Below are positions 1-9,212 of a stretch of DNA of 36,164 nucleotides, one piece after another. This DNA comes from a virus. Its lineage: Duplodnaviria; Caudoviricetes. Each line of letters starts with the position of its first letter. Positions within the stretch are counted from its first letter, which is position 1. The notes below the pieces were generated by a model that was not told where the DNA came from, made no database searches, and saw only the letters and a program-made list of their open reading frames with translations. The position numbers and the translations under genes were made by a program. The stretch lies in the IMG/VR virus record IMGVR_UViG_3300005662_000106, positions 1-36,164 of that record. One strand, given 5' to 3'.

Positions 1-1885
1 ACGTAGCACTATTGGTATTAACTGTTGTATAACTATTTTGCCAATTGCTTGATAAGGCTTTTAGATCTGATCCTTGATAGTTCCAATTAGCACTATTGGT
101 ATTGACTGTTGTATAACTATTTTGCCAATTGCTTGATAAGGCTTTTAGATCTGATCCTTGATAGTTCCAATTAGCACTATTGGTATTAACTGTACTATAA
201 GTATTTTGCCATTTTGCACTATTGGTATTAACTGTTGTATAACTATTTTGCCAATTGCTTGATAAGGCTTTTAGATCTGATCCTTGATAGTTCCAATTAG
301 CACTATTGGTATTAACTGTACTATAAGTATTTTGCCAATTAGAAGATAATCCGCCCAAAAAAGACAAATCAATTACACCTATGTTTTTACCATTAACAAA
401 TAAACTATCTGCTGCACTAATAGTTTTGAAAAATGCATTTTTAGCCGATACATTCCCAGTACTTAAGTATAGGTTACCTGTCGTCGATGAAATATTACCA
501 CTATTTGTATATATATGAGATCCAGCACCGGTTGTATATATAGTTGAATCAGATCCCGTTGTATAAAAAACACCATTTTGTATAAAAATTTGATTTCCGG
601 ATTGTTTTAAAGAACCTGTTTCAATTCTTCTTGTATCATAAGCAAGTGCATATGCGCCGGCCACTAGTCCTGTAGAAGTTGATAAATTTGCAGCGTTTGT
701 AGATTTTATTTCTAATTTATTAGATGGGTCATCATATCTAATAGCAATCCCAGCTCCGGCAGATAGCATTCCATTTATACTATCTTGCACATCTTCTAAT
801 GTAATGCCGCTACTCCATATAGCACTATTAGTACTCACTGTTGAATATGTATTTTCCCAATTAGATGATAAAGCTTTTATATCAGATCCATCATATGCCC
901 AATTAGCGCTGGTAATACCGACAGTATTGTAAACACTGTCCCAGTTAGCGCTATTGGCATTTAAATTGCTAAAAGTTATATTCCACGTTGCTGAATTTGA
1001 TGTTAACGTATTATACGCATTTGACCATTTACTTGAATTATTAATTAATGTCGTATAGCTACTAGACCACCCGCTAGACAAACTACTAACTGTATTATAA
1101 TTACTTTGCCATTTGCCGGAATAAGCTTGAATCGTTGTATTACTTTGATTCCATTGTTCACTGTTGCCTTGCCAGGCATATATTATTCCTCTTGCAGATA
1201 TTGCGCCCGCAACTGTAAGCTTTTCCGGCGGTGAGATTTCACCTATGCCCACATTTCCATTGCCTATTAATGCCATCATAGGCCCACTGCCACTATTTTT
1301 TAAATTGATTGCGGGTAAGGTACCTCCCTGTTGATCTATATAAAGGGCTGAATTAAATCCCGGACTTATAACAGATAATGCATCTGTGCTATTAGATGTC
1401 AAATTTACTAAAGTAGTAGAACCTAAAGAAGATAGGTTCCCGTATATTACTGTATCACCTTGTACCGCTAATTTTATATTAGATGGATATGTGTTGATAT
1501 CCGTATCAATACCCAATCTATCAACATGCATGTTTGATGAATTGTTTTTTACCCATGTAAATGAATTATCATAATTCGCAGACATACTACATAGACTATT
1601 AAATGTAGATTGCCATTTCGAGCTATTAGTAGTAGTAGTAGAATATAGGTATGATATATCCGTAGTATTTGGTGATATTCCAGCTACATTTGGAAATGAA
1701 AAAAATAATTCATCAGCTGATAAATTACCGGATGCTGATAAATTGCCATTTAAAATAAAATCGCCTTGAAATGGGTGAGATGGCGAAGCAATGGGATCAT
1801 ACGCACTATCTAGTAAACCAGCTGTAGATAATGTGTGGTGATTAGATCTGTGCAATTTATCATGAAATCGTGCATTACCGGACAT
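1..1885 (-). CDS. Large fibre-like virion protein with 14-aa Trp-periodic repeats; runs off the left window edge (not in the ORF track)
   Basis: ATG at 1885 (MSGNARFHDKLHRSNHHTLSTAGLLDSAYDPIASPSHPFQGDF...). The repeats at 41-337 and 815-1153 are in the same frame, with Trp codons every 42 nt. S/T/N-rich composition. TAAATA lies 6 nt upstream. Confidence 0.8.
   Translation of the reverse strand, partial: MSGNARFHDKLHRSNHHTLSTAGLLDSAYDPIASPSHPFQGDFILNGNLSASGNLSADELFFSFPNVAGISPNTTDISYLYSTTTTNSSKWQSTFNSLCSMSANYDNSFTWVKNNSSNMHVDRLGIDTDINTYPSNIKLAVQGDTVIYGNLSSLGSTTLVNLTSNSTDALSVISPGFNSALYIDQQGGTLPAINLKNSGSGPMMALIGNGNVGIGEISPPEKLTVAGAISARGIIYAWQGNSEQWNQSNTTIQAYSGKWQSNYNTVSSLSSGWSSSYTTLINNSSKWSNAYNTLTSNSATWNITFSNLNANSANWDSVYNTVGITSANWAYDGSDIKALSSNWENTYSTVSTNSAIWSSGITLEDVQDSINGMLSAGAGIAIRYDDPSNKLEIKSTNAANLSTSTGLVAGAYALAYDTRRIETGSLKQSGNQIFIQNGVFYTTGSDSTIYTTGAGSHIYTNSGNISSTTGNLYLSTGNVSAKNAFFKTISAADSLFVNGKNIGVIDLSFLGGLSSNWQNTYSTVNTNSANWNYQGSDLKALSSNWQNSYTTVNTNSAKWQNTYSTVNTNSANWNYQGSDLKALSSNWQNSYTTVNTNSANWNYQGSDLKALSSNWQNSYTTVNTNSAT
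6..341. repeat. Near-perfect coding tandem repeat of 42-nt modules (84-nt higher-order unit)
   Basis: gcactattggtatt recurs at 6, 90, 174, 216 and 300 (spacings 84, 84, 42, 84). On the minus strand it encodes WNYQGSDLKALSSN and WQN(S/T)Y(T/S)TVNTNSA(N/K). Confidence 0.95.
815..1153. repeat. Older, diverged array of nine 14-aa Trp repeats in the same fibre gene
   Basis: Trp codons (plus-strand cca) at 815, 857, 899, 941, 983, 1025, 1067, 1109 and 1151. Includes WAYDGSDIKALSSN-WENTYSTVSTNSAI, a diverged copy of the young repeat. Confidence 0.85.
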
Positions 1886-1891
1886 TGAAAA

Positions 1892-1910
1892 TATTTACAC
1901 CTATTAAATA
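1892..1910. promoter_or_regulatory. Back-to-back T4-like late promoter boxes (TAAATA)
   Basis: tattta at 1892-1897 is 6 nt from the minus-strand ATG at 1885. TAAATA at 1905-1910 is 6 nt from the plus-strand ATG at 1917. Confidence 0.75.
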
Positions 1911-1916
1911 CTTTTA

Positions 1917-2534
1917 ATGTCAACGGGAATGAATTTTACTTGTATTTCAGCTTTCGATGCATCGAAAGATATTATTTGGTCATTCTCTTACAAAATAGAA
2001 GATAGGCGTACAGGTTTAGGAGGAGCTGGGTTTACGACATTTTTAAATTATCTTTCTGCACAAACGGGTGGTGGTAAAAATTATGGTATGGGTTACGGCC
2101 CGAGCTCTACAATTTTAAATGATGGAGTTGATGGTAATTTTTTAGTTGCGGGGTTTGACAATTCCGGATATTTTGGTACTTCCGCATATGGATTTTCTAC
2201 CGGTTTAGCTGCTCCTAAATTTAATTCTTTGACTGTTAGAAAAGATACAACATTTGAATATCTTACTTCGCAAGAAATGACTAGTTTCTATATAAAAAAT
2301 ACAAACTGGCAAACATTAAGATTTCAATTGACAAATAAAGGCAATATTTTCAAAGTATTTTACTGTGATTCAGAATTTAATTATAAATTAGTATCTGAAG
2401 TACAAACCCTATCTACTTTTTTAAGTCCTACTAAAATGTATATAGGGATGTCATATGCATCCCCTATACAAGGAGGTGATGATTTTAAATTGTCGATACG
2501 AGACTTTCATTGCTACGGAAATCCTCTTCCTTAA
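1917..2534 (+). CDS. Putative L-type lectin/ConA-like beta-sandwich virion protein
   Basis: Alternating beta-strand pattern; GGAGFTTFL...GMGYG...LVAGFDNSG and MYIGMSYAS resemble legume-lectin folds; late box upstream. Confidence 0.5.
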   Translation: MSTGMNFTCISAFDASKDIIWSFSYKIEDRRTGLGGAGFTTFLNYLSAQTGGGKNYGMGYGPSSTILNDGVDGNFLVAGFDNSGYFGTSAYGFSTGLAAPKFNSLTVRKDTTFEYLTSQEMTSFYIKNTNWQTLRFQLTNKGNIFKVFYCDSEFNYKLVSEVQTLSTFLSPTKMYIGMSYASPIQGGDDFKLSIRDFHCYGNPLP

Positions 2535-2778
2535 GAATTTCGAGATCATAGATGTACTCTTCTACCTTTACATCATGAATCATAGCTGGTGCACGTTCTA
2601 CAATATATTTTTGAAAATCTAATGGTTTAATCCAATCATTCCTTTTATTCAAATCAATATTGTGTTCTTCTGCAGTCTTAGTAACAATATCCAAAGCTTC
2701 AATCAAACAAAGCCAACGTGCGTACGTTTCTACAGACATCTTGTGATCACCAATTGTTACTTCGATATTTTTATTCAT
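2485..2778 (-). CDS. Hypothetical protein
   Basis: 97-aa ORF overlapping the upstream minus-strand gene in an operon-like run. Confidence 0.7.
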   Translation of the reverse strand: MNKNIEVTIGDHKMSVETYARWLCLIEALDIVTKTAEEHNIDLNKRNDWIKPLDFQKYIVERAPAMIHDVKVEEYIYDLEILKEEDFRSNESLVSTI

Positions 2779-3178
2779 GTATATTTTTTAACAGGTTTCC
2801 TAATAAAAAGTAAATCAAATTATGATCAAAGCTTTTATTATAATCATGCACTATGATGTCTACAATTTTCTCTAATGCATTAAAGTATAGATTAATTTTT
2901 TTATTGGAAACTTTCTTTTCTTCATCGGGTAAATTATCAATCAGATAACTCTCAATCGAAAGGTTCAAATTTGCTAATAGCTCATTATTAGATGATTTTT
3001 TAGAAAGACTATAACCCTGTTGAAATGCGCGGTATGCATTATGTGATTGTTGTAAAGAAAATTTTTCAAATAACCCCAATAAATCTTGTTTTTTAATTCT
3101 TGCTTCGTGTTGATGGGTTGGTGAAGAAATTTTTTCTTCTGCATTTTGCAATTCTTTTGAATTAAACGGCGTCTCCAT
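2771..3178 (-). CDS. Hypothetical protein
   Basis: 135-aa ORF overlapping its neighbours in the same minus-strand run. Confidence 0.7.
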   Translation of the reverse strand: METPFNSKELQNAEEKISSPTHQHEARIKKQDLLGLFEKFSLQQSHNAYRAFQQGYSLSKKSSNNELLANLNLSIESYLIDNLPDEEKKVSNKKINLYFNALEKIVDIIVHDYNKSFDHNLIYFLLGNLLKNIHE

Positions 3179-3587
3179 TTTCTTTATAAATAATGTTAAA
3201 GGCTTCTGATTTTTCTAATTTTACGGGTTCTGTTTGGAGAAATGTTTTGACATCGACATCAACACGAACATTTTTATTACAGTCCAGACACTTATATGAA
3301 TTGTCTTCATTTAATCTGATAGGAATAAAATTATCAATTGCTTTATCACAAGGGCACTTTACATTACAACCTTGCTTAGAATATTCTCTGAGAATATCAA
3401 TTTGATTCTTTTCGTTTATAACATTTAAAATAGTATTCCAAATATTATAAAAAATAATCTGTAACATAGATAGGCAGAATAACCAACCCAAAAATGTTTT
3501 TATATCGTTAGCAAATAAAAAAGATATTGTACCAGATATTAATAAAAGAACAATTACACCACGTAACATTCTTATATAATATTTCAA
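3162..3587 (-). CDS. Membrane protein with two N-terminal TM helices and a Zn-ribbon-like domain
   Basis: Hydrophobic GVIVLLLISGTISFLF and FLGWLFCLSMLQIIFY segments; CPC...CLDC; TTG start overlaps the upstream stop. Confidence 0.65.
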   Translation of the reverse strand: MKYYIRMLRGVIVLLLISGTISFLFANDIKTFLGWLFCLSMLQIIFYNIWNTILNVINEKNQIDILREYSKQGCNVKCPCDKAIDNFIPIRLNEDNSYKCLDCNKNVRVDVDVKTFLQTEPVKLEKSEAFNIIYKENGDAV

Positions 3588-3943
3588 AATGATAATTTGT
3601 CAAGATACTTAATAATATCTTGTGCAAATATAGCATTGATTTTATTGATGCGCTCGATTAATTTTTGTGCGACTACTTTCTTTGATTCAGAAGCAGTATC
3701 TGAATTACTATAATCACTTACTTTGTCAGATAGCGTTTTCAATTCTACAATATAATTTGCTATTTGCGGAATAATCACTGATGATTGGAATTGATGGGGC
3801 AATATTTTAGGCGTGCCTTCTGCAGAAGGAATTTGTGTTTTTAAATCGGTGAGAGAAGAATCAGATGCATCGGGACCAATACCTGTTACATTACGATTAG
3901 CATCGGCAATAGTACTATCTTCATTAAAAAAACGTCTTCTCAC
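3584..3943 (-). CDS. Hypothetical late protein (probable GTG start at 3943)
   Basis: TAAATA lies 5 nt before the GTG at 3943, giving MRRRFFNED...; helical C-terminus. Confidence 0.65.
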   Translation of the reverse strand: MRRRFFNEDSTIADANRNVTGIGPDASDSSLTDLKTQIPSAEGTPKILPHQFQSSVIIPQIANYIVELKTLSDKVSDYSNSDTASESKKVVAQKLIERINKINAIFAQDIIKYLDKLSF

Positions 3944-3948
3944 AAAAT

Positions 3949-3971
3949 TATTTACCATTCTTGAATAAATA
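3949..3971. promoter_or_regulatory. Back-to-back late promoter boxes
   Basis: tattta at 3949-3954 and TAAATA at 3966-3971, each 5 nt from a start codon. Confidence 0.7.
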
Positions 3972-3976
3972 AATGC

Positions 3977-4396
3977 ATGAGTAACTTATTTGAAAGTGCA
4001 TTTAAAAAAGTTTTAAATGAAGATGATGGTGTGGAAATTTCAGATTCTGAAGCTATGGCATCAACTTTGGATAAGGGTACTGATGTGTCTGATTTTGATA
4101 TTGAGGCTAGTACACAGCAAGCTTCAATTGCTGCAGCTCAAGCCAATGTTGCTATGGTAGAAAGGCTTCACGAATGGATTGGAAAAATATCTGAATTTAC
4201 AAATTTTTTGAATGGTCAGGGACCTGATTCTATCCAATCACAACTATCAAAAGCACATGAAAAAAGTTTGTTTGGATCACTAAAGACATCAGAAACAAAA
4301 AAGATTGCATTAGTTGCACGTGAGTTAGCAGGGTTTAAAGAAATCCTAAATGGTTATATTGCATCTTCTGGTGATCCTAAGTACAAAGGCGTTTAA
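3977..4396 (+). CDS. Hypothetical late protein, candidate internal head protein
   Basis: 139 aa; N-terminus MSNLFESAFKKVLNE; late box; stop shares a TTAA with the primase stop. Confidence 0.7.
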   Translation: MSNLFESAFKKVLNEDDGVEISDSEAMASTLDKGTDVSDFDIEASTQQASIAAAQANVAMVERLHEWIGKISEFTNFLNGQGPDSIQSQLSKAHEKSLFGSLKTSETKKIALVARELAGFKEILNGYIASSGDPKYKGV

Positions 4397-5418
4397 TACA
4401 TCGCTTTTAATCTTATCTCAGCAGCTAATCCCCTGTAAGAATTTTTCTTTATAAATTCTTTTGGAATTTCATTTATTTTTAATGAAATAGCTAGGTCATT
4501 GAAGTCTTTTATTTTTTTACCAACATTCTCGGGCCATATAAAAATAGTCTCACCCTTTTTAGCTAGAATTTGACTTTTCTTTTTAGCGGCTTCATCAATC
4601 CATTGCGAATCAAGTACCCAAATATAATCCTTTAATAATAATGAATTAATTTGATCTTGTTGCTTTGTTGAAAATAATTTTTCTGATTCATCTTGAATAC
4701 CTGCGACCGCTATTCCATTTTTTGTAAAACATGAATTAAACGGCCCTTCAAAGATAAAAACCTCATTATCATCATTGATCTGATCAATATTAAACAATGT
4801 CTTTTCACTATTAATTTTTGATATATAACGAGGTTTTAACTTATTGTCCGCAGAGAGGATGGTTCTTGTTTGATAATGCACTATCTTATTATTTTTATCA
4901 AAGAATGGAACAACCAATCTATTCTTATGAACCGGATCTGTTAATGATATATAAAATGCTTTAGGGCGATTGATTGCCTCATTTAATCGTCTAGCATGAA
5001 TAAATTCCAATGCTCTGATTACAACCGTTTCCTCTTTATAATATTCAACTTGTTGTTCGTCAAATAAATTTATACAATCTTCCGGTAATGTTGCTGATTG
5101 TATAATCTCTTTCTTTTCCGTTGTAATATCATCTAATGATATAGTAGAGTAATTCTCTAATTCTTTTTTAATGTCAAAAATTGACATACGCGTCACTTCT
5201 TGTATCCAAGAAAGTGGTGTTGAACTCCAGCCACAATTATGACAATATATGTTGTTATTTTTTGGAATATAATAACAACGTTGCTTCTTTAACCAAGACT
5301 TGCCCTCTCTACAAATAGGACAAGAACCAACATACGTTTTATTAAAACGATTGTGTTTTGGTGCCCCTGCATGTTGGAAGAATTTTTGTGCTATATATTC
5401 TTCAGGCAATATGATCAT
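4393..5418 (-). CDS. 61: DNA primase, T4 gp61-like
   Basis: Zn-binding CPIC...CHNC, RLVVPFFD, TOPRIM FIFEGPFNS and VLDSQWID. Confidence 0.9.
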   Translation of the reverse strand: MIILPEEYIAQKFFQHAGAPKHNRFNKTYVGSCPICREGKSWLKKQRCYYIPKNNNIYCHNCGWSSTPLSWIQEVTRMSIFDIKKELENYSTISLDDITTEKKEIIQSATLPEDCINLFDEQQVEYYKEETVVIRALEFIHARRLNEAINRPKAFYISLTDPVHKNRLVVPFFDKNNKIVHYQTRTILSADNKLKPRYISKINSEKTLFNIDQINDDNEVFIFEGPFNSCFTKNGIAVAGIQDESEKLFSTKQQDQINSLLLKDYIWVLDSQWIDEAAKKKSQILAKKGETIFIWPENVGKKIKDFNDLAISLKINEIPKEFIKKNSYRGLAAEIRLKAMY

Positions 5419-5435
5419 GCCTTATGATAAGGGGT

Positions 5436-5645
5436 TTAATTAAATTTACAAGAATAAGAAATATCAGAACCAGTTTCTGCGTCTAAAACCTTTATCAAAC
5501 CTTTTCTGATAAAAGTGCCCGATGATGGATCATACCAATGAGCTTCAACAAAAATTTTGTCTCCCATTTTTCTTTCGATAATTCGGGGGTTAACGGGTTG
5601 ACCAGAAATGGGAGACACAATTCTTTCTGCTTTAACGAAGTCCAT
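5436..5645 (-). CDS. Small hypothetical late protein
   Basis: 69 aa; TAAATA 6 nt upstream; beta-rich with SPISG and DPSSG turns. Confidence 0.7.
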   Translation of the reverse strand: MDFVKAERIVSPISGQPVNPRIIERKMGDKIFVEAHWYDPSSGTFIRKGLIKVLDAETGSDISYSCKFN

Positions 5646-5650
5646 ATATT

Positions 5651-5911
5651 CTATTTATGTTTTTTATTATACAAATATTGTTCTTTCAAAAAAACATATA
5701 GATCATATGGCAAGATCTCTACTTTTTCTAAAATTTTATTCTTTATGCCCTGTTTCAAATCAAATTTAGATACTGTTTGATTTTTGATATCCGGTAATGT
5801 CAAAAATTCACATTTTGATATACTGCTTTCGATCAAAACAAACATTTTTCCTTTATGATCACCGGCTAAAACACCGAAGGTTGTTCCTTTGGTAGGAACT
5901 TTAAAGACCAT
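5651..5911 (-). CDS. Hypothetical protein (likely start 5911)
   Basis: The ATG at 5911 overlaps the end of the upstream gene; the longer ORF-track start lies deep inside that gene. Confidence 0.6.
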   Translation of the reverse strand: MVFKVPTKGTTFGVLAGDHKGKMFVLIESSISKCEFLTLPDIKNQTVSKFDLKQGIKNKILEKVEILPYDLYVFLKEQYLYNKKHK

Positions 5912-6215
5912 CGGGGCTATTATTTTGCATAAAGAATCTATTAACCGCTGTAGAAAGGGAATCTGCATCTTGTTGACTATTTGCGTGAATTAAATTTATA
6001 GGATTGCCGTTCATATCATATCCCAAAACAATAAAACATTTCATAAACTCTTCCAGAGTCGATGAAATAGCTATTTTATTGTCAGCTGATTTACGAGAAC
6101 GCTCTAACAAATCAGCTTGCAGAGCCTCTTTTAAGAGCTGTTTGATTTGATCTTTCCCGATTTTGTCAGAATTTTTTGGTGTTCTTTTCTTTTTATCATC
6201 GGGATTTTCGCCCAT
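5901..6215 (-). CDS. Hypothetical protein (likely start 6215)
   Basis: TAAATA 5 nt before the ATG at 6215; EEFMKCFIVLGYDMNGNPI core. Confidence 0.65.
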   Translation of the reverse strand: MGENPDDKKKRTPKNSDKIGKDQIKQLLKEALQADLLERSRKSADNKIAISSTLEEFMKCFIVLGYDMNGNPINLIHANSQQDADSLSTAVNRFFMQNNSPDGL

Positions 6216-6219
6216 AGAA

Positions 6220-6567
6220 TTATTTATTCTTTTTAACATAGTATGGGCTTTTTTCATCAATTGTCTGTATATTTTTCTCGTTTAAGTGGGATACAATTAC
6301 TTCAATAGATTGTGTTGATATAGAAAAGTTTTTGGGAAAAAGGATGCCACCGTCATTTAGTTCAAAGAAAATCTCATCAATAAAGCTTTTATTTGTAAAA
6401 CATGTAACAAAGATCGAAGCACGGCCCGGATCGATTAATACTGTCCAACGACGGGGATCATGAGGTCCATATTTTTGAAATATGCGCACTACACTAAACC
6501 CACAATCTCTGAGTCTTTTTATAAAATATCCAGGAGTAGATATTTTATTTTTTTGTCTCTTATTCAT
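6220..6567 (-). CDS. Hypothetical protein downstream of the sliding clamp
   Basis: 115 aa with globular-looking core (DPRRWTVLIDPG, FELNDGG); TATAAT 4 nt before the ATG. Confidence 0.75.
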   Translation of the reverse strand: MNKRQKNKISTPGYFIKRLRDCGFSVVRIFQKYGPHDPRRWTVLIDPGRASIFVTCFTNKSFIDEIFFELNDGGILFPKNFSISTQSIEVIVSHLNEKNIQTIDEKSPYYVKKNK

Positions 6568-6592
6568 TTTTATTATATAAGTGGTATAAAGA

Positions 6593-7327
6593 TTAAATCA
6601 CTTTCGCTGTTGTGATATATTTGAGATAATAACCAGGCTCTTCAACCTCAACACACAAAATACCTTTGCTCGAATTAATCTTAAATTGCAATTTTGTTGA
6701 TCTTAAAGTAGAAATACTACGAACAACATCAAACAAAAACGGCATTGGTTTTGTTAATGCATTACCTTGAAATGTATCAGCTAATACAGTTGTAAAACTA
6801 TCAACATTATGTTTACTCTTGTCTGTCAATTCACAATGAATCTCACCATTTTCTGAATAAAAATAAATTTTTTCACTATTATTAAATGTGCTGCATTTTA
6901 ATAAATTTTGAAATGTTAATATATCGATATTAAATTCTACATCAAAATCAAATGATTGAATTTTATTCAAAGATAATCCTACCGGTGCAATAATACCGTC
7001 TTCTAACAAATGATATTTAAATTTTATCTTTGGTGATTTGTATTCGATATTATTTGAATTTAAATGCAGCTCGATATTTTGATCTTCAATACAATCAAAA
7101 GCTTTTATAAATTTCTTTACGTCGGGAATATTTAACGATACTTGTTGATCGCCCTCTAATGTAACATCTGAGCACTTAGCATAAAGAATACTATTGTTAT
7201 CCGCTGTTTTGTTTAATGAAATAATTTCATTATTTCTGGCTGTCAGAATTGCTAAGTCTGACAGCCTCGAAATAGGAGAAAGGAAATTATTACAAAAACT
7301 ATTTTTATTCTTAAAAGATAATTTCAT
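6593..7327 (-). CDS. 45: Sliding clamp, T4 gp45/PCNA-like
   Basis: 244 aa with two-domain clamp pattern (LNIPDVKKFIKAF, FKYHLLEDGII); position next to gp32. Confidence 0.7.
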   Translation of the reverse strand: MKLSFKNKNSFCNNFLSPISRLSDLAILTARNNEIISLNKTADNNSILYAKCSDVTLEGDQQVSLNIPDVKKFIKAFDCIEDQNIELHLNSNNIEYKSPKIKFKYHLLEDGIIAPVGLSLNKIQSFDFDVEFNIDILTFQNLLKCSTFNNSEKIYFYSENGEIHCELTDKSKHNVDSFTTVLADTFQGNALTKPMPFLFDVVRSISTLRSTKLQFKINSSKGILCVEVEEPGYYLKYITTAKVI

Positions 7328-7342
7328 GTAATAATTGTATTA

Positions 7343-7705
7343 CTAATCCAATTTTTGCAACTTATTACTAATATGATTCAATTTATCTTCAATTCTCTTA
7401 AGCGCTGAAAAGATATTTTTCGCAGTAGCAGAATCATCGAAGTCAAATTCTAATTGTCCGGTATTGGGCATAGTAGCTGTTGGTTGAATAACAGCTCTGG
7501 GTGCAGGTACACTTTGTTGTGGGGCGGGTGCCGTTGTTGCAGGTGTACCAATATTAGTCAGAATATTCGTTGCGACATTTTTGAATTCATGTCCCTGAGG
7601 GCGCAAATGTGACGCCCTCCCGACAATATTCTGATCTAATTTTGCAATCTCTCCATAGGTTTGACCTATGAATTGTTGCAACATATCTTTCACATCTTCA
7701 TCCAT
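7343..7705 (-). CDS. Hypothetical protein with Pro/Ala linker, QLEFDF motif and C-terminal coiled coil
   Basis: 120 aa between gp32 and gp45. Confidence 0.7.
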   Translation of the reverse strand: MDEDVKDMLQQFIGQTYGEIAKLDQNIVGRASHLRPQGHEFKNVATNILTNIGTPATTAPAPQQSVPAPRAVIQPTATMPNTGQLEFDFDDSATAKNIFSALKRIEDKLNHISNKLQKLD

Positions 7706-7706
7706 A

Positions 7707-8558
7707 TTAGTCTAATCCTTTCAACAATTCTTGAACCGTTGCATCGTCAAGAATATCATCGTCATCTGTTGATGCAGTAGATGTCTTTGTTACTGTCGTT
7801 GGTTCTGCTAAAACTGTTGCTTGAATAGATTCGACAGGCGCTGCAGCTGAAGAAACTGAACTCTTACAGAGGAAATGCTCTTCCCAAAGCTCTCTCAATT
7901 CATCTGCTGTCTTAACACCAGCAATCTTCTTGAGATCATGAACTGAATTATACAACTCAGTAATCTTTGCATCTGACAATCCCAAATCATTTGGTGAAGT
8001 AAAACGAGATGAAACATAAGATGGATATTCACCTTGCTTCTCAACCTTAATCTTGAGATTGCAACCGCCCTTTGAAAGGTCAAAGATACGTGGTCCGAAT
8101 TCACTTGCATCTTCTCCGTCCATAGCTTCATCAATAATCTTTGCTAATTGACGACCATAACGAACAATCTTAACAGATCCGTTATTTTCTGGATTGGTTG
8201 GATCATCAATGATATATGCATTCACCATCCACTTCTCAGAACGATTTACTTTCTCAGCCTTCTTCTTTTCTACATCCGTACCTAGACGAAGAATACGATA
8301 ACGCTCTTCTTGAATTGGATCTCTCTCACCAAACGACTGCAATGAAACTGCTGAAACAAATTGACCTGTTGCGAATGATTGCCATCCATTCAAATAATAA
8401 TGGAAGAACGTATCTTCTGGCTTCTTGGTATTTGGTAGCAAACGAACAGTGTACGTCTTGCCTACTTCTAACTTAAGAATGTCTTTGTAGGAAGATCCGC
8501 TTGTGTCTTCTTTGGCTAAGGCATTCTTGATTGATTGGAACATTGATGCTGTATACAT
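7707..8558 (-). CDS. 32: Single-stranded DNA-binding protein, T4 gp32-like
   Basis: VRLLP, NAYIIDDPTNPENNGSVKIVRYG, FDLSKGGCNLKIKV, YPSYVSSRF, acidic tail. Confidence 0.92.
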   Translation of the reverse strand: MYTASMFQSIKNALAKEDTSGSSYKDILKLEVGKTYTVRLLPNTKKPEDTFFHYYLNGWQSFATGQFVSAVSLQSFGERDPIQEERYRILRLGTDVEKKKAEKVNRSEKWMVNAYIIDDPTNPENNGSVKIVRYGRQLAKIIDEAMDGEDASEFGPRIFDLSKGGCNLKIKVEKQGEYPSYVSSRFTSPNDLGLSDAKITELYNSVHDLKKIAGVKTADELRELWEEHFLCKSSVSSAAAPVESIQATVLAEPTTVTKTSTASTDDDDILDDATVQELLKGLD

Positions 8559-8582
8559 ATTGAATATTTTTAATTGGTTTCT

Positions 8583-9212
8583 TTATATTTTTTTTAATCC
8601 TTGTTTTATTAATACTTTTAATTTTTTCGATGAGAAATATCTATTTGTATACAATTGTATATTTTCATAGACATTCTCGCCAAACATGAATTTCAACAAC
8701 TCTTGATCTTCATGTCTTATATAATATAATGCATTGGGCAGCTCAATCAATACATAAGGATGTATTTTTCTTTCTTTCCAATGCAAAATAAAACTTTTCA
8801 TTTCATTGGTCATGTGTGATGGATATTGTTGTAATGAAATATTATTTGTAGATAAAAAATCTTTTAAAAATTTTAAACTGTCTAAAACTTTTAAAAGCAT
8901 ATCTTCAGAATCGGGATCAAAGTCTGGTTCTTTTTGAACGTAAAGTGTATACGCTTTGATTGCTTTTTGTGATGTAAAATATTTTAGGTCAAAATATTCT
9001 TCAGTGCCATATATGGAATATGGTGCTTTGAAATAATCATTAACATGAATACTAGGAAATTTTCTTAGTATATTAGATATTCTCTTAAGATAAACCAATA
9101 CATCAGGTGGTATATCTTCAAAATTTTTACGTAATCTATATGGTTGGTTTTTAGCTTGGCGACTAGTTTTTAAATACTCATTATATATTCTTTGTTCAAA
9201 ATCGCTTAACAT
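8583..9212 (-). CDS. Helical hypothetical protein upstream of gp32 (the gp59 helicase-loader position in T4)
   Basis: 209 aa, basic and aromatic. The gp59 link is by synteny only. Confidence 0.55.
   Translation of the reverse strand: MLSDFEQRIYNEYLKTSRQAKNQPYRLRKNFEDIPPDVLVYLKRISNILRKFPSIHVNDYFKAPYSIYGTEEYFDLKYFTSQKAIKAYTLYVQKEPDFDPDSEDMLLKVLDSLKFLKDFLSTNNISLQQYPSHMTNEMKSFILHWKERKIHPYVLIELPNALYYIRHEDQELLKFMFGENVYENIQLYTNRYFSSKKLKVLIKQGLKKI

Noticed and set aside
6-341. Possible CRISPR array
   Set aside because: There are no unique spacers; units are multiples of 3 and lie in frame in a protein-coding gene.
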